A stretch of 24,549 nt of DNA, from the NCBI GenBank assembly GCA_002794465.1, contig MTSL01000121.1, positions 1 to 24,549 on the forward strand, in the 5' to 3' direction. Below, piece by piece: positions 8,017 through 17,528 of this stretch (within the stretch, counting starts at the first letter, position 1; the number at the start of each line of letters is the position of its first letter). The notes beneath the pieces are model-generated. The model had not been told where the DNA came from. It saw nothing but the letters and a program-made list of their open reading frames with translations, and made no database searches. Source of the stretch: Paramicrosporidium saccamoebae KSL3. Taxonomy: Eukaryota; Fungi; Cryptomycota. Made by a program: the position numbers and the translations under genes.

Positions 8017-9402
8017 TTATTCGTTCCTTGCGGTCCTCTTCCATTTTTCAAGCAGACTGTCTACAGAGACTGGTTCAGAATGGGGGTTAAATGTAAAGGA
8101 AGTATCACCTCCGTGTGCGATTAACTCCCGGGCGATTCCAATATTTCCAAGATATGCGGCCCACCAAAGTGCGCTTCGTCCATCCTGAGAATGATCATTA
8201 ATTAGCATAGAAAGTCTGTCTTTGGATACTTTTGCACCCTGAAACCAGGAAGTTAGGCTACGCAGACAGTCAAGTGATCCGGCCTTGACACAGGCAAAGA
8301 TGAGCTGGTGATAATCATCAGGAGGCGGGTCAGAATGAGAAATGAGCAATTTAAACGTATTTAGGCCGGGCGGTGAACGCGACAGTTCCAATAAAATATG
8401 ATCCAAAGCTGGCTTGATGCCAGATCTCAAAACAGCTTCAACGACCTTTTCCGATCCCGCCATAATTGCCGAGTGTAATACATCATGACCACAGGAATCA
8501 CGCAACATCCACATACTCGCATCACAGCGATCCATGATGAGCTGGACACATTCTACCGACGAGGAAAGAGCTGAATGATGAAGACACGTCCTCATGGCAA
8601 AATCTCTCGATGACAGATCCGCCTTGTTTTCTATAAGAAACTCGACAACTCTGGGTTGCCCACCACCGCAAGCGTACAATATGGGTGATGAGCCACTTGA
8701 AGAACTTACATAGGCAATAATCTTTGCAAACTTTTCAGGCTCGGATTCGCGAGCTTTTTGCATTACTTGCAAATGTCCATGGTATGCCAACACATGCAAC
8801 ATGTCTCCACGCCCCTCTTTGATTTCTTGAATAAACACATCGGTAGCAGCGTTCTGCCAAATGCGTGTTGCATCTAACGAAAAAGCGACCAATTCTTGAT
8901 AGGTCTGGTATGCGCCATCCGGATTGATTATGGCTACCACGGATTGCAAGCCCGGCCTACCCAACAATGCCGATAATTGCAACTTGTTCAGTCCAAATAC
9001 CACCGGCACTGAGAGCCGGTGCGCCTCAGCTAGCATCTCTCGCCAATCGACACTCCATTCCACATCCACCGCCATAACTAGAAGCCGTACCCGGCCAGCA
9101 CGCAAATGGCGAAGCGACTCTCGCAGTCCACAGACGAGACGCTTCTTTCCACGCTGAGAGTATCGATGCAGAGAAGTGAGCAAGAGATGCAATAGGGCGG
9201 TGGATTGATTTGTCAAGTGTTGAGAACAGTATGCCAGTGGCACACAATGCGTATCATGACGAGTCAGTCGCAGTGAGTAACGAACAAATTCATGTGGGGC
9301 CTCGATATAGCTTATATCTGGCAATTCTGGTGCCAGCTTTACCAACTGAGGCCGTGTCTTTTGCTGAGGGGCAAAATTAATCTGCAGACTCGATACAGGC
9401 AT
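8017..9402 (-). CDS. SECISBP2: SECIS-binding protein 2 (SBP2)-type L7Ae domain fused to C-terminal ankyrin repeats
   Basis: AYCSQHLT...LLTSLHRYSQRGKKRLVCGLRESLRHL...VPVVFGLNKLQLSALLGRPGLQSVVAIINPDGAYQTYQELV parallels recalled SBP2 (DYCSQML...LLKELVRFQDR...KRRLVLGLREVLKHL...IPFVFALNRKALG...VSVVGIFSYDGAQDQFHKMV). About 5-6 ankyrin repeats follow (SPILYACGGGQPRVVEFLIENKAD, RTCLHHSA, HDVLHSAIMAG, GRSALWWAAYLGNIGIARELIAHGGD). Confidence 0.75.
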   Translation of the reverse strand: MPVSSLQINFAPQQKTRPQLVKLAPELPDISYIEAPHEFVRYSLRLTRHDTHCVPLAYCSQHLTNQSTALLHLLLTSLHRYSQRGKKRLVCGLRESLRHLRAGRVRLLVMAVDVEWSVDWREMLAEAHRLSVPVVFGLNKLQLSALLGRPGLQSVVAIINPDGAYQTYQELVAFSLDATRIWQNAATDVFIQEIKEGRGDMLHVLAYHGHLQVMQKARESEPEKFAKIIAYVSSSSGSSPILYACGGGQPRVVEFLIENKADLSSRDFAMRTCLHHSALSSSVECVQLIMDRCDASMWMLRDSCGHDVLHSAIMAGSEKVVEAVLRSGIKPALDHILLELSRSPPGLNTFKLLISHSDPPPDDYHQLIFACVKAGSLDCLRSLTSWFQGAKVSKDRLSMLINDHSQDGRSALWWAAYLGNIGIARELIAHGGDTSFTFNPHSEPVSVDSLLEKWKRTARNE

Positions 9403-9603
9403 CTTCTGCGAGGGAATGAAATGTAAAGTTTCAAGTCACAGCTCAAAGTGCCACAATTATATACGTAAATCATATCGGATAAATCAAGGCCGTGAAAGAG
9501 CATATTTACAGATCAAATGCTTTCAATTGTACTACAAACTCCACACGCTTCACACACGGGTCTAATTTCTACAACCTGGAATAGCGGAGGGAAAAATGTA
9601 AAT

Positions 9604-11797
9604 TTATATGATAAAGTCGGGATCCAACATTGCTACAATTTTGTGAAGAGTTCGGGTGACCTGGTCAAAGGTGTCTCTATCTGTGCATTCCACACTATAA
9701 TCAGATTGCGAAACGGTCACCGTTTGATCATTGAGAGTAAACTGGTACACATTTTCATCGTCAATGTTCAGTTCTTGCAAAATACCAAAGTAGTTTTCTA
9801 AATAACTCTTAATCAAGACTTGGTGTCTATCCTTTGGTGGAATGACGGCAGCGTGGCTCAAATGATCGTGGTCGTGAGAGTGGTCATGTACATGAGAATG
9901 TTCGCTTTTGGTAGCCTTTACAGCTGCCCGAGACGATTCCGCACCAAGCAACAACATGACAATTGAATCTGCAGTAAGGTCGTTCATCGGGCTTCCTTCC
10001 CACTCCACAAGATACTCGCCCTTTCCGGCATTCTGAATTTGGAAACTGCCCATAACGACAAGTGATGAGTCGTCGGATGAGCATCGCTTTACATTCTTCT
10101 TGCCATACAGCTGGGATAGCAGATATTCGATTAGAGTAAAGGGAGCCCGACAAGTCACCGCCTGCCTCTCCAGGAGCTGCACTTTTCGCACATTCTGGAC
10201 GTATTCTGGCAGATCCTCAGTCTTGATGAGTTGGTATTCAAAATCCTTTCCCACCAAAACACCCTCTACAATAGAACCATCCACTTTGTTGGCGGGATCA
10301 GTGGCCAAATTACCAACAATCTTGATCATCTTTTCACCACGATAGCAAAGGTCGACGGACTCGCAATTCCTGGGCGTATGGATGTTAATAATCGTGTCCG
10401 TCTTGGTCCCGATCAGAAAACTTGCTGGAGTCAAATTCTTGTCTGAAATATTGTACTTGTGCTGAAGGGCAGACTTTAGACGGAGCATCTCGTTGGCCTC
10501 TCCGTGCACCAGAATGAGGTGAGGAGGTTTAAGAATATCAATAAACTCGCTGTTTTGAACAAAATCAACATGGGCAGAGAATGAAATATACTCGACACTC
10601 ATCCTCAACGGCATAGTGGCGCCAGAAAGTGCTGTGATTTCTTTGGGTTCGGTGAGAATTGTTTTGGCCAAAGTTCCCTCTACCACATAGCCCGGAATGA
10701 TCAGGCCGTTTTTGGGATTTGGACACCACAGCTCAAGCAGCTCTCTGCTAAGACCATTCTGCAACATGGCAGGACTGGCCATCATCACGCAAGGACCCGT
10801 ATCTTTGAGGTGTTCCATGCTCCGAAGATTGGCAACGTGTCTGAAGATGAATGGATTGGAGACGGCAATCTGTCGGCGGATGCGATCGTTCATCATATTG
10901 ACATAGGTCTGATATACTGACATGCATTTTTTGGCCAAGGGAGAGGCATAATAGACGGGAACACTGTGCAACTCGGGATGGGCCTGCCAATATTCATCGA
11001 GAATCAATAGCAATTCCTGGGCCCTTCCCAATGCAAAGACGGGAATAAGACATCGGCCACCGCGTCCAACAATCTCGTGCACAAGGTCAGTGAATCGCTT
11101 CTCACGCTCTAATCTCGGCTGATGGCTATGTACTCCATAGGTGGATTCGCAGACTAACACGTCGGGACGACTGGAGGGCGTCTCAGCTGCCATCAAATGA
11201 CGGTCCTCCTCTCTCGAGTAATCGCCCGTGTAGAGCACCTTTACTCCTGCAATTTCAATCAAGAACATGGCCGCTCCGAGTACATGGCCAGCGTTGAGGG
11301 CTGTGAATTTCACCCCATTCACCTCTACTTCTTGATGATAGTCAATGGGTGTGATGCGTTCGTAACTGCGGGTCAAGTCGGCTTCCGTATAAAGTTGGTC
11401 GTCGTCGCCGGCCACATTACTCACCTTGACATAATCAGCCAATAGCCATTTGTAAATGGCCTTTGTGGGATGTGTCATGTACACCTTGCCCTTAAAGCCC
11501 GTCTTTTCCATAAAATACGGCAGAGATGCTGCATGGTCCAAATGGAAACTACAATTTAGTAGAGTATTGGCGGTACTGGGTGATAAGAACAAGGTCTACC
11601 GTCTCAGGATCGATTTCATCAAAAAAGGGGAGGCCGGCAAGTCCCGTATACGCCGGATGAATGCCACAGTCCAACATGACTGTCTTTCCCTTAAAGCGCA
11701 GAATAATGCATGACCTTCCCACTTCGCTGCCAGCACCCAAAGGGGTGATGGATAACTGTTCAGAGCCAAAGAGCTCTACTGTCGGTCGCTTTGACAT
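9604..11797 (-). CDS. YSH1: Pre-mRNA 3'-end endonuclease CPSF73/Ysh1, about 721 aa, 2 exons
   Basis: Exons 11577-11797 and 9604-11548. Removing the 28-nt GTACCG...TAG intron restores the metallo-beta-lactamase motif ITHFHLDH. Also [65 protein letters not shown] and LVHGEANEM. Confidence 0.95.
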
Positions 11798-11812
11798 TCT
11801 AACAAAAACGCT

Positions 11813-12489
11813 TTATTCTTTTACTTTTATCGGTCCTGTCAGGGATTTATGGAAGGATTCGGGGTATTCTCGATAGGCCTTTTTGAAGTGCTCAACAGTA
11901 TTTGACAAGGCTATATTCCGTAAGAAATAAATAAAGGGACAGGGAAGGCTGGGAAGACTGCCGCTGACCGCATCGAACCGTGGAACATTTCCCGATCGAA
12001 TTGCGACCAAAAGATCGACTGCTGTCTGCAGCCAAGGAATACCCTTATTGAATCGCCACAGCAAGTGATTCAAGTCTTCGTTAGTGTTTAGGGACGATCC
12101 ATAGAACAGAAATAGCGCACAACTCACCCATCGTTGTTCTGCATCGACATAATACTCTAGCAAAAGTCGGTTTGCTGCTGCAGCAAACTCGGCGTATTCG
12201 CCCCTCTCCAGTGACAGCTCGGCACTGGCCTCGTAGACTCTGATAGCCACAGCGGCAGAATTCTTGCTCATGACAACAATTTCTCTCAACTTTCGCATAT
12301 CCATTGTCGTGCGCTCGTCCTAGCAATCAAATAATGGCATACGGTGGATGCCTTTTCAAGCGCAGCATCTAATAAAGCTTGGACTTTGTTGTCTGAAAGC
12401 GCTTTAAAGTGGGCGGGAAGGGTGCTTGAGCGACTGGGCAGATACAGGCCCTGAAACTCCTTTATCAATGTATCTACATCATCCGCCAT
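11813..12489 (-). CDS. PCI-fold / SAC3-GANP-THP3-like domain protein, about 217 aa, 2 exons
   Basis: Exons 12343-12489 and 11813-12319, joined across a 23-nt GTATGC...TAG intron, merge two track ORFs. MRKLREIVVMS...AIRVYEASAELSLERGEYAEF resembles SAC3/THP3 and CSN8-PSMD8-eIF3K helical repeats. Confidence 0.55.
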
Positions 12490-12542
12490 TGTGAGATAGT
12501 ATATTATATCCACAGACTAGGGATGAATAAACAAGAGTTATT

Positions 12543-13087
12543 TTATCGATAATCGGTCTTGTCGAATACTGAAGGATCTTTCGAGTACAAGTTGATTAGT
12601 CGTATCCTGCTGTCCTTGCCATTTGAAAAATTGGACATGACAATCAATCTCACGCAGAATGCGCTGACCGGCAGCTACATGTTAGGTATTTTAAAGGTCT
12701 ACATCATCGTTGCATTCGGTTAGACTTATCTGCACGGTATCATCATTGTCCTCAATGGTAATGCTTGTCACATCAAGGAGATGGTCGGGAGAGTCTCCCG
12801 CTTGAACAATGACAGCGGCTGGAGTATAACTTTCATCGCGGGCGTGATTCAGTTCCAACTCTAACGACTGCCAATCAGCTAAACACAATGGCTACTGTGA
12901 GCTGAATTCGTCGGGTAAAGTTGAATTGTATGTAATGAGGCAGCTGGCCTTCTGACCTACAAGGCAAGCAGGGCCAGCAAATCTACTGCCAATAAGTCTG
13001 CGAGTCCTTGTCGATTAGGAGCGAAGGCTCATGTCCCGTCTTCCATGAGGATGCCGATATGCACGCAAGTCTAGTGGCAACGACCAT
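12543..13087 (-). CDS. APC10: Anaphase-promoting complex subunit 10 (DOC domain), about 152 aa, 4 exons
   Basis: Exons 12987-13087, 12896-12956, 12703-12867 and 12543-12674, with introns of 30, 28 and 28 nt (all GTAG...AG). Spliced product SASSWKTGHEPSLLIDKDSQTYWQSEGQLPHYIQFNF...RDESYTP...SNFSNGKDSRIR has the APC10 motifs TYWQS, PH, DESYTP and NGKD. The start codon is uncertain. Confidence 0.85.
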
Positions 13088-13131
13088 CCACCACCGCCAG
13101 TCTCGGAAGGAAAATTGATTTTTATTCGGTA

Positions 13132-14113
13132 CTAAAACTCGCTTCCAAATCCTGAAAATGCGTCCGAAGGACGTCCACCAAAGACTAAACTTGAACAAAA
13201 GTTACAAATGTACCTGTGGATGAGTTTCCAAAAGGAGAAGTGTGTTCTACCCCGTTCATCACAGTGGGCGTAGCTATAGATGAACAGTGTCCCCATATAG
13301 TTAGTACAGGAAATGTTGGCTTTGGGAGGTTCTTTGATTTTAGAATCGTCTGACCAGTCTGTTAATCGGGTCGCCAACTTGGGATTGGACCCGTAACTAG
13401 ACGAAGAGCGTACATTTGTCATTAACGGTGCTAAAATTAATACTGCAGGCGTGCGTACTGGACATTGTAGCAGAATTTGAACCAAGAGTGTTCCGAGGCA
13501 TACTCACGTCACTCTCCATGTCACTCGAACCCGCATAATTCCTCAACAACATGGCTCCTTTCCGACGATCACCGACCACATCCAGTGCCGCCTTGGACAA
13601 TCCCAGCTGCTCCAATGTCGGAGTGTTTGGGAATGCGTCAAAGTCGATTCCTTCAGGTCGGGTGGCGGAGCGGGGAGTAGATTGCATGGCACGCTGACGG
13701 AGCGGCGTCGCAAAACGAGAAAGACGACGAGCACTGCCTTCAGTGGTAACATCCATCGTCGACATTGGTGTACTGGGCTGTGGACGGATAATGTCGTTGA
13801 GACGGTCAAGAAGAATGTCAGTCTGCTTTGGGTCCAAAGAATTTTGCAAATCATTTAGTGCACCATCAATACGCTTCAGCTCAGAAGAGTATTCGCTTGT
13901 AATGCTCATAACGACCGCTCGGTCTTCGGGAGCAATCGCACTGGTCTGATTCAGCAATCCGGTCAGTTTTGAGAGCTGCCTGTCGACCTCTTCTGACAAT
14001 TGTAAGAGTTGCTCTTTAGAGTCCAGCTCGGGAGTATCGTCCGTCATCAAAGTATCCATAGCAGACGACGGAATAGTCGCAGTGCTCTTAATCTTTGCCA
14101 AAAGGGCCAACAT
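13132..14113 (-). CDS. Putative kinetochore protein Ska3-like, about 296 aa, 4 inferred exons
   Basis: Exons 13459-14113, 13308-13430, 13214-13273 and 13132-13184 (introns 28, 34 and 29 nt) keep the frame. An N-terminal helical region of about 100 aa is followed by a disordered S/T-P-rich region containing PNTPTLEQLGLSK, comparable to the Ska3 motif PRSPQLSDFGLER. AATAAA lies just after the stop. Confidence 0.45.
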
Positions 14114-14165
14114 CGCGCCAACAAAAGCAATTAATTGATTTAATATCTTTCACAGAGTCGGTGCA

Positions 14166-15026
14166 ATGTTTCTTTCCAGGTTTGGCGAGCGTGGATTTTT
14201 GGGTGCTCTACGTCTCGTCCGCCATCTGTCCACTGCCAAGGCCGTGCCGGGAGGGAGCAGCAGGATTGGACAGCGATTCGCGCTTACGGGGACAGTTTGT
14301 TCCGGTCTTGCCGCCGGATATTATTATTCCTCCATTCCAATGGTCAGCGCCGCACCCAGCGCAGCTGAAAAGACTGGAGCTATGCAATCCTCCGCATTGC
14401 CGCCGCTTCCAAAGCTGGACACTAGCCACAGTGCAGCATTTAATGCAGAGAACACTACTGTTGTTTTTGTATTGGGCGGTCCCGGGGTCGGGAAAGGAAC
14501 ACAATGCACAAAGCTGGTCGAGGAATTTGATTTTGTGCACATCTCTGCCGGCGATCTGTTGCGAGATGAGCGTCAGAGGAAAGGATCACCTTACGGTGAG
14601 CTGATTGAACATTACCTGCGAGAGGGCAAGATTGTTCCTCACGAAATCACAATCTCTCTCATTCTCAATGCTATGAAGTCTAGCTCTCCTTCCAAAAATC
14701 GCTTCCTCATCGACGGCTTCCCCCGAAACATTGACCAAGGGATCGAATTTGAGACGGCCATTTGTCCTAGCAAAATGGTGCTCTTCTTTGAGTGCGGGGA
14801 GGACGAAATGCTGAAGCGACTAATGGTGAGAAGTCAGAGCAGCGGCCGCACCGATGATAACGTGGATTCTATTAAAAAGAGATTTAGGACGTTTCAGGAT
14901 TCCACGATGCCAGTGAGAGAGTTTTACAGCGACTTGGGCAAGCTGAGGGCTGTGAATTGTGTTGGAAGTGTCGGCGAAGTTTATGAACGCACCAAGAAAG
15001 CGGTGCATGAACTGGCAGAGATATAA
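14166..15026 (+). CDS. URA6: UMP-CMP kinase (adenylate kinase family) with N-terminal mitochondrial-type extension
   Basis: VVFVLGGPGVGKGTQC P-loop, HISAGDLLRDE, FLIDGFPRN and GRTDDNVDSIKKRF. Arg-rich, acid-poor N-terminus MFLSRFGERGFLGALRLVRHLST. Confidence 0.92.
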   Translation: MFLSRFGERGFLGALRLVRHLSTAKAVPGGSSRIGQRFALTGTVCSGLAAGYYYSSIPMVSAAPSAAEKTGAMQSSALPPLPKLDTSHSAAFNAENTTVVFVLGGPGVGKGTQCTKLVEEFDFVHISAGDLLRDERQRKGSPYGELIEHYLREGKIVPHEITISLILNAMKSSSPSKNRFLIDGFPRNIDQGIEFETAICPSKMVLFFECGEDEMLKRLMVRSQSSGRTDDNVDSIKKRFRTFQDSTMPVREFYSDLGKLRAVNCVGSVGEVYERTKKAVHELAEI

Positions 15027-15034
15027 GACTCCCA

Positions 15035-16072
15035 ATGCAACTGACCTCCCAGTCTAAAAATAAACCGTTAATGTCTTTTGTTAGACGGACGACGAGCACT
15101 GGTTTGGACAAATGTCCTCGGGGTTGCCGTACCACCGCTTCAGACGTCGTGGTTACTGGCACCGGCGTGCCATCATTTGATAAACTCTTCCTCAACGGCT
15201 TGCCAGTAGGCTCTGTTATTGCCATCCGCGAAGATTGGCCACGGTCCTCCTCAAATTACTCCAGTTGCTTGTTGAAATGCATCTGCGCCGAGGCGCTCTC
15301 TGCTGGCCAGCATTTACTTTACATTGATGAGACTGAATGTGACACTTTTCTCAGTGCCCTTCCCGCCCCGGGAAAGTGCGAAGAGCAAGGCGAAGCTGTC
15401 CAAGACGAAAAAATGACCATTGCTTGGAGGTACAAGCATTTGCGTAGCTTTGACGATGCACCAGCGGCAAAGGTGCAGGATCGCGTATTTGACCTGGGGA
15501 AAAAGATGGATGCAGTCGAACTTGCAAAAGGAACTGTGGTGACTGCGACCACGCTAGATCTGGAAAAAGTTGAGAAATTATTACACGCCGCCAAGAAGGA
15601 GAATACTGTTTTGAAGGTCGTTTTGCGTTCCTTTGCGTCCCCGTTATATTTACCTGGTGAGTGCGCCAGATTGTTATATCAACTGCGCCAACTTGCGGCA
15701 TTGCACCCTTCTAATGTAATCATCTTCCTTACCATCCCAGCCTATACCTTTTCGTCAAATTCCACAGAGCTGGCAGACATTGAGAGTCAATGCGATCTTG
15801 TCATTGATATTCAGTCATTCGTTGGGACTCCCCAAGAAAGGATCCGTGCGCTCAACGAGTATAATGGATTTCTGCGTATCGTCAAGCCTTTGCGTGTTCC
15901 CGGCTCCTTGGCGCTGGCGATTCCAGAGACTAATGATCTTGCCTTCAAGGTAAAGAAACGGCAGCTATACTTTGAGGCGTTTCATCTTCCCCCTGATTCA
16001 GACGTCTCCACTCCACAGACTGTATCCACAACTGGCTGCAACTCGATGGAGACAAATAAACTAGACTTTTAA
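15035..16072 (+). CDS. ELP4: Elongator complex subunit 4
   Basis: TGVPSFDKLFLNGLPVGSV, MTIAWRY, FDLGK, LAFKVKKRQLYFEAFHLPP and C-terminal LDF. Confidence 0.9.
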   Translation: MQLTSQSKNKPLMSFVRRTTSTGLDKCPRGCRTTASDVVVTGTGVPSFDKLFLNGLPVGSVIAIREDWPRSSSNYSSCLLKCICAEALSAGQHLLYIDETECDTFLSALPAPGKCEEQGEAVQDEKMTIAWRYKHLRSFDDAPAAKVQDRVFDLGKKMDAVELAKGTVVTATTLDLEKVEKLLHAAKKENTVLKVVLRSFASPLYLPGECARLLYQLRQLAALHPSNVIIFLTIPAYTFSSNSTELADIESQCDLVIDIQSFVGTPQERIRALNEYNGFLRIVKPLRVPGSLALAIPETNDLAFKVKKRQLYFEAFHLPPDSDVSTPQTVSTTGCNSMETNKLDF

Positions 16073-16115
16073 TGAGTTCTAAGATTACGATTTTGGGACG
16101 AGAGTGATGTGACTT

Positions 16116-16190
16116 TATGACGGTGGTGAACTTTCCATATAGAGATATGACAGTGGTGAACTTTTCATATAAAAATGTCATGACAGTGGT
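16116..16190. repeat. Short direct repeat (30-nt unit, about 2.4 copies) spanning the IDO stop codon
   Basis: tatgacggtggtgaactttccatatagaga (16116-16145), tatgacagtggtgaacttttcatataaaaa (16146-16175) and partial catgacagtggt (16179-16190). Confidence 0.8.
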
Positions 16191-17498
16191 AGATTATCCA
16201 TGTGGGAACGGACATTTTTCAAAAATGGTACGGGATTAGATCCACCTGTGCCCTTGACAATACTATTGCTTTTTTGTGCCTGCACTACAATATAGTTGCT
16301 CACCATGGAAAGATGCGTGTTTCTAAAGCTGCGCAGTTTTTGTAGACAGAGATTGTAGGCGTCCTTAATATCCCGCAACATGTCTTGGGAAATGCCTTCA
16401 TCAGTAACCATGGAACGAATGCAAACATTCTCTCCAAGCCATTTCAGCGTGTCACGATGATTTTTGGCCATGTAATTGCGCATGTCGAGAAGATAGGCAC
16501 CGGCAGATGTGACACCTGACTCTCCAATGTGGGAATCTTGAGCTTTGTGATTTACGCCGAGAATTATATCGAGAGCATGTATGACGGGACTTTGGGCTGC
16601 ACTTGCACCGGCGTATTGACGTCCCTCAGTCTCGTCGCCGTAATAGACACCGTCAGGCAGGTTTTCGTCGTTGAGCCATCCTGCCAGCGATCGACGAATA
16701 CGCTGGAAGAACACTGCGGGGATGTTCTCTTCGTACATTCTGCAAAGGATTTCCTCAATCTCGACAATCAATTCAGCAAGCTGGAGGAGGAGTAAATGCA
16801 TTGTTGAATAGTCGAGACGACGAAATGCATTGGCGATCTCGATAGCGGTTGTGAGTACTCTTCCCGACTGACAATCTACGGCAATAGATACTAGATAGAA
16901 CCAAGTCTCGTCAATGGAGCCGCTGGCCGTTAGTATTGTCCACAGATTACTAGATATTAGAAATTCAAGTGCAGTACTCTAAAGAAAGAGGTTCAGTCGG
17001 ATTGACAGGACGAAAATTGAATAGCACGGCGGCGGCATAATTAATAATTGGCAGAATGTCAATAGCCTCGGACACCTTGATCCATGGCTTGGCCAGTCCG
17101 TTAGGGATCCTCTGCCATTATCAAAACGCATTTAGAGGTGATACGTTGAGGGGTTTGTCATGTAGTCGTCCCCGGATGTACGAATGAGCAATAAAAGCCA
17201 GTAAAGTATGTGCCCGCTCACAGGCCAGCCTGTCATTCAAAATTTCGTTGCAATCCAGCTCCGGAAGCTATGCAATAAAGTAGAGAATCATTTATCGGGA
17301 TACATTGTCAATGATACCACGGAGCTTCCCCGACGAGGTCAAGGCAGAAAGGTCCTTGGCAATATCTTCCCATGCACTAAATGCTGGCGGCAGCTTGAGC
17401 TCCGCTCGCTTCAGGCAAGACACGAAGCCATAAACTGGATCCAATTCAAAACGTTGAAATACTTCACCAGCATTAATATACATCTCACTTGGGACCAT
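16178..17498 (-). CDS. BNA2: Indoleamine 2,3-dioxygenase, about 407 aa, 4 exons
   Basis: Exons 17304-17498, 17145-17267, 16978-17111 and 16178-16949 (introns 36, 33 and 28 nt). Motifs YGF...LPPAFSAWEDIA, AHTLLAFIAHSY, DETWFYLVS, SAAQS, MRNYM, FRNTHLSMVSNYI (heme His) and GTGGS. Confidence 0.92.
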
Positions 17499-17528
17499 CC
17501 CCCCGACACCAAGCAAAACCTTTTTTAT

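Noticed and set aside
9403-9510. Upstream ATG and a possible 23-nt intron that would place an in-frame TGA before the SBP2 start (autoregulatory Sec codon idea)
   Set aside because: It needs an unsupported intron and gives no conserved sequence; such arrangements arise easily by chance.
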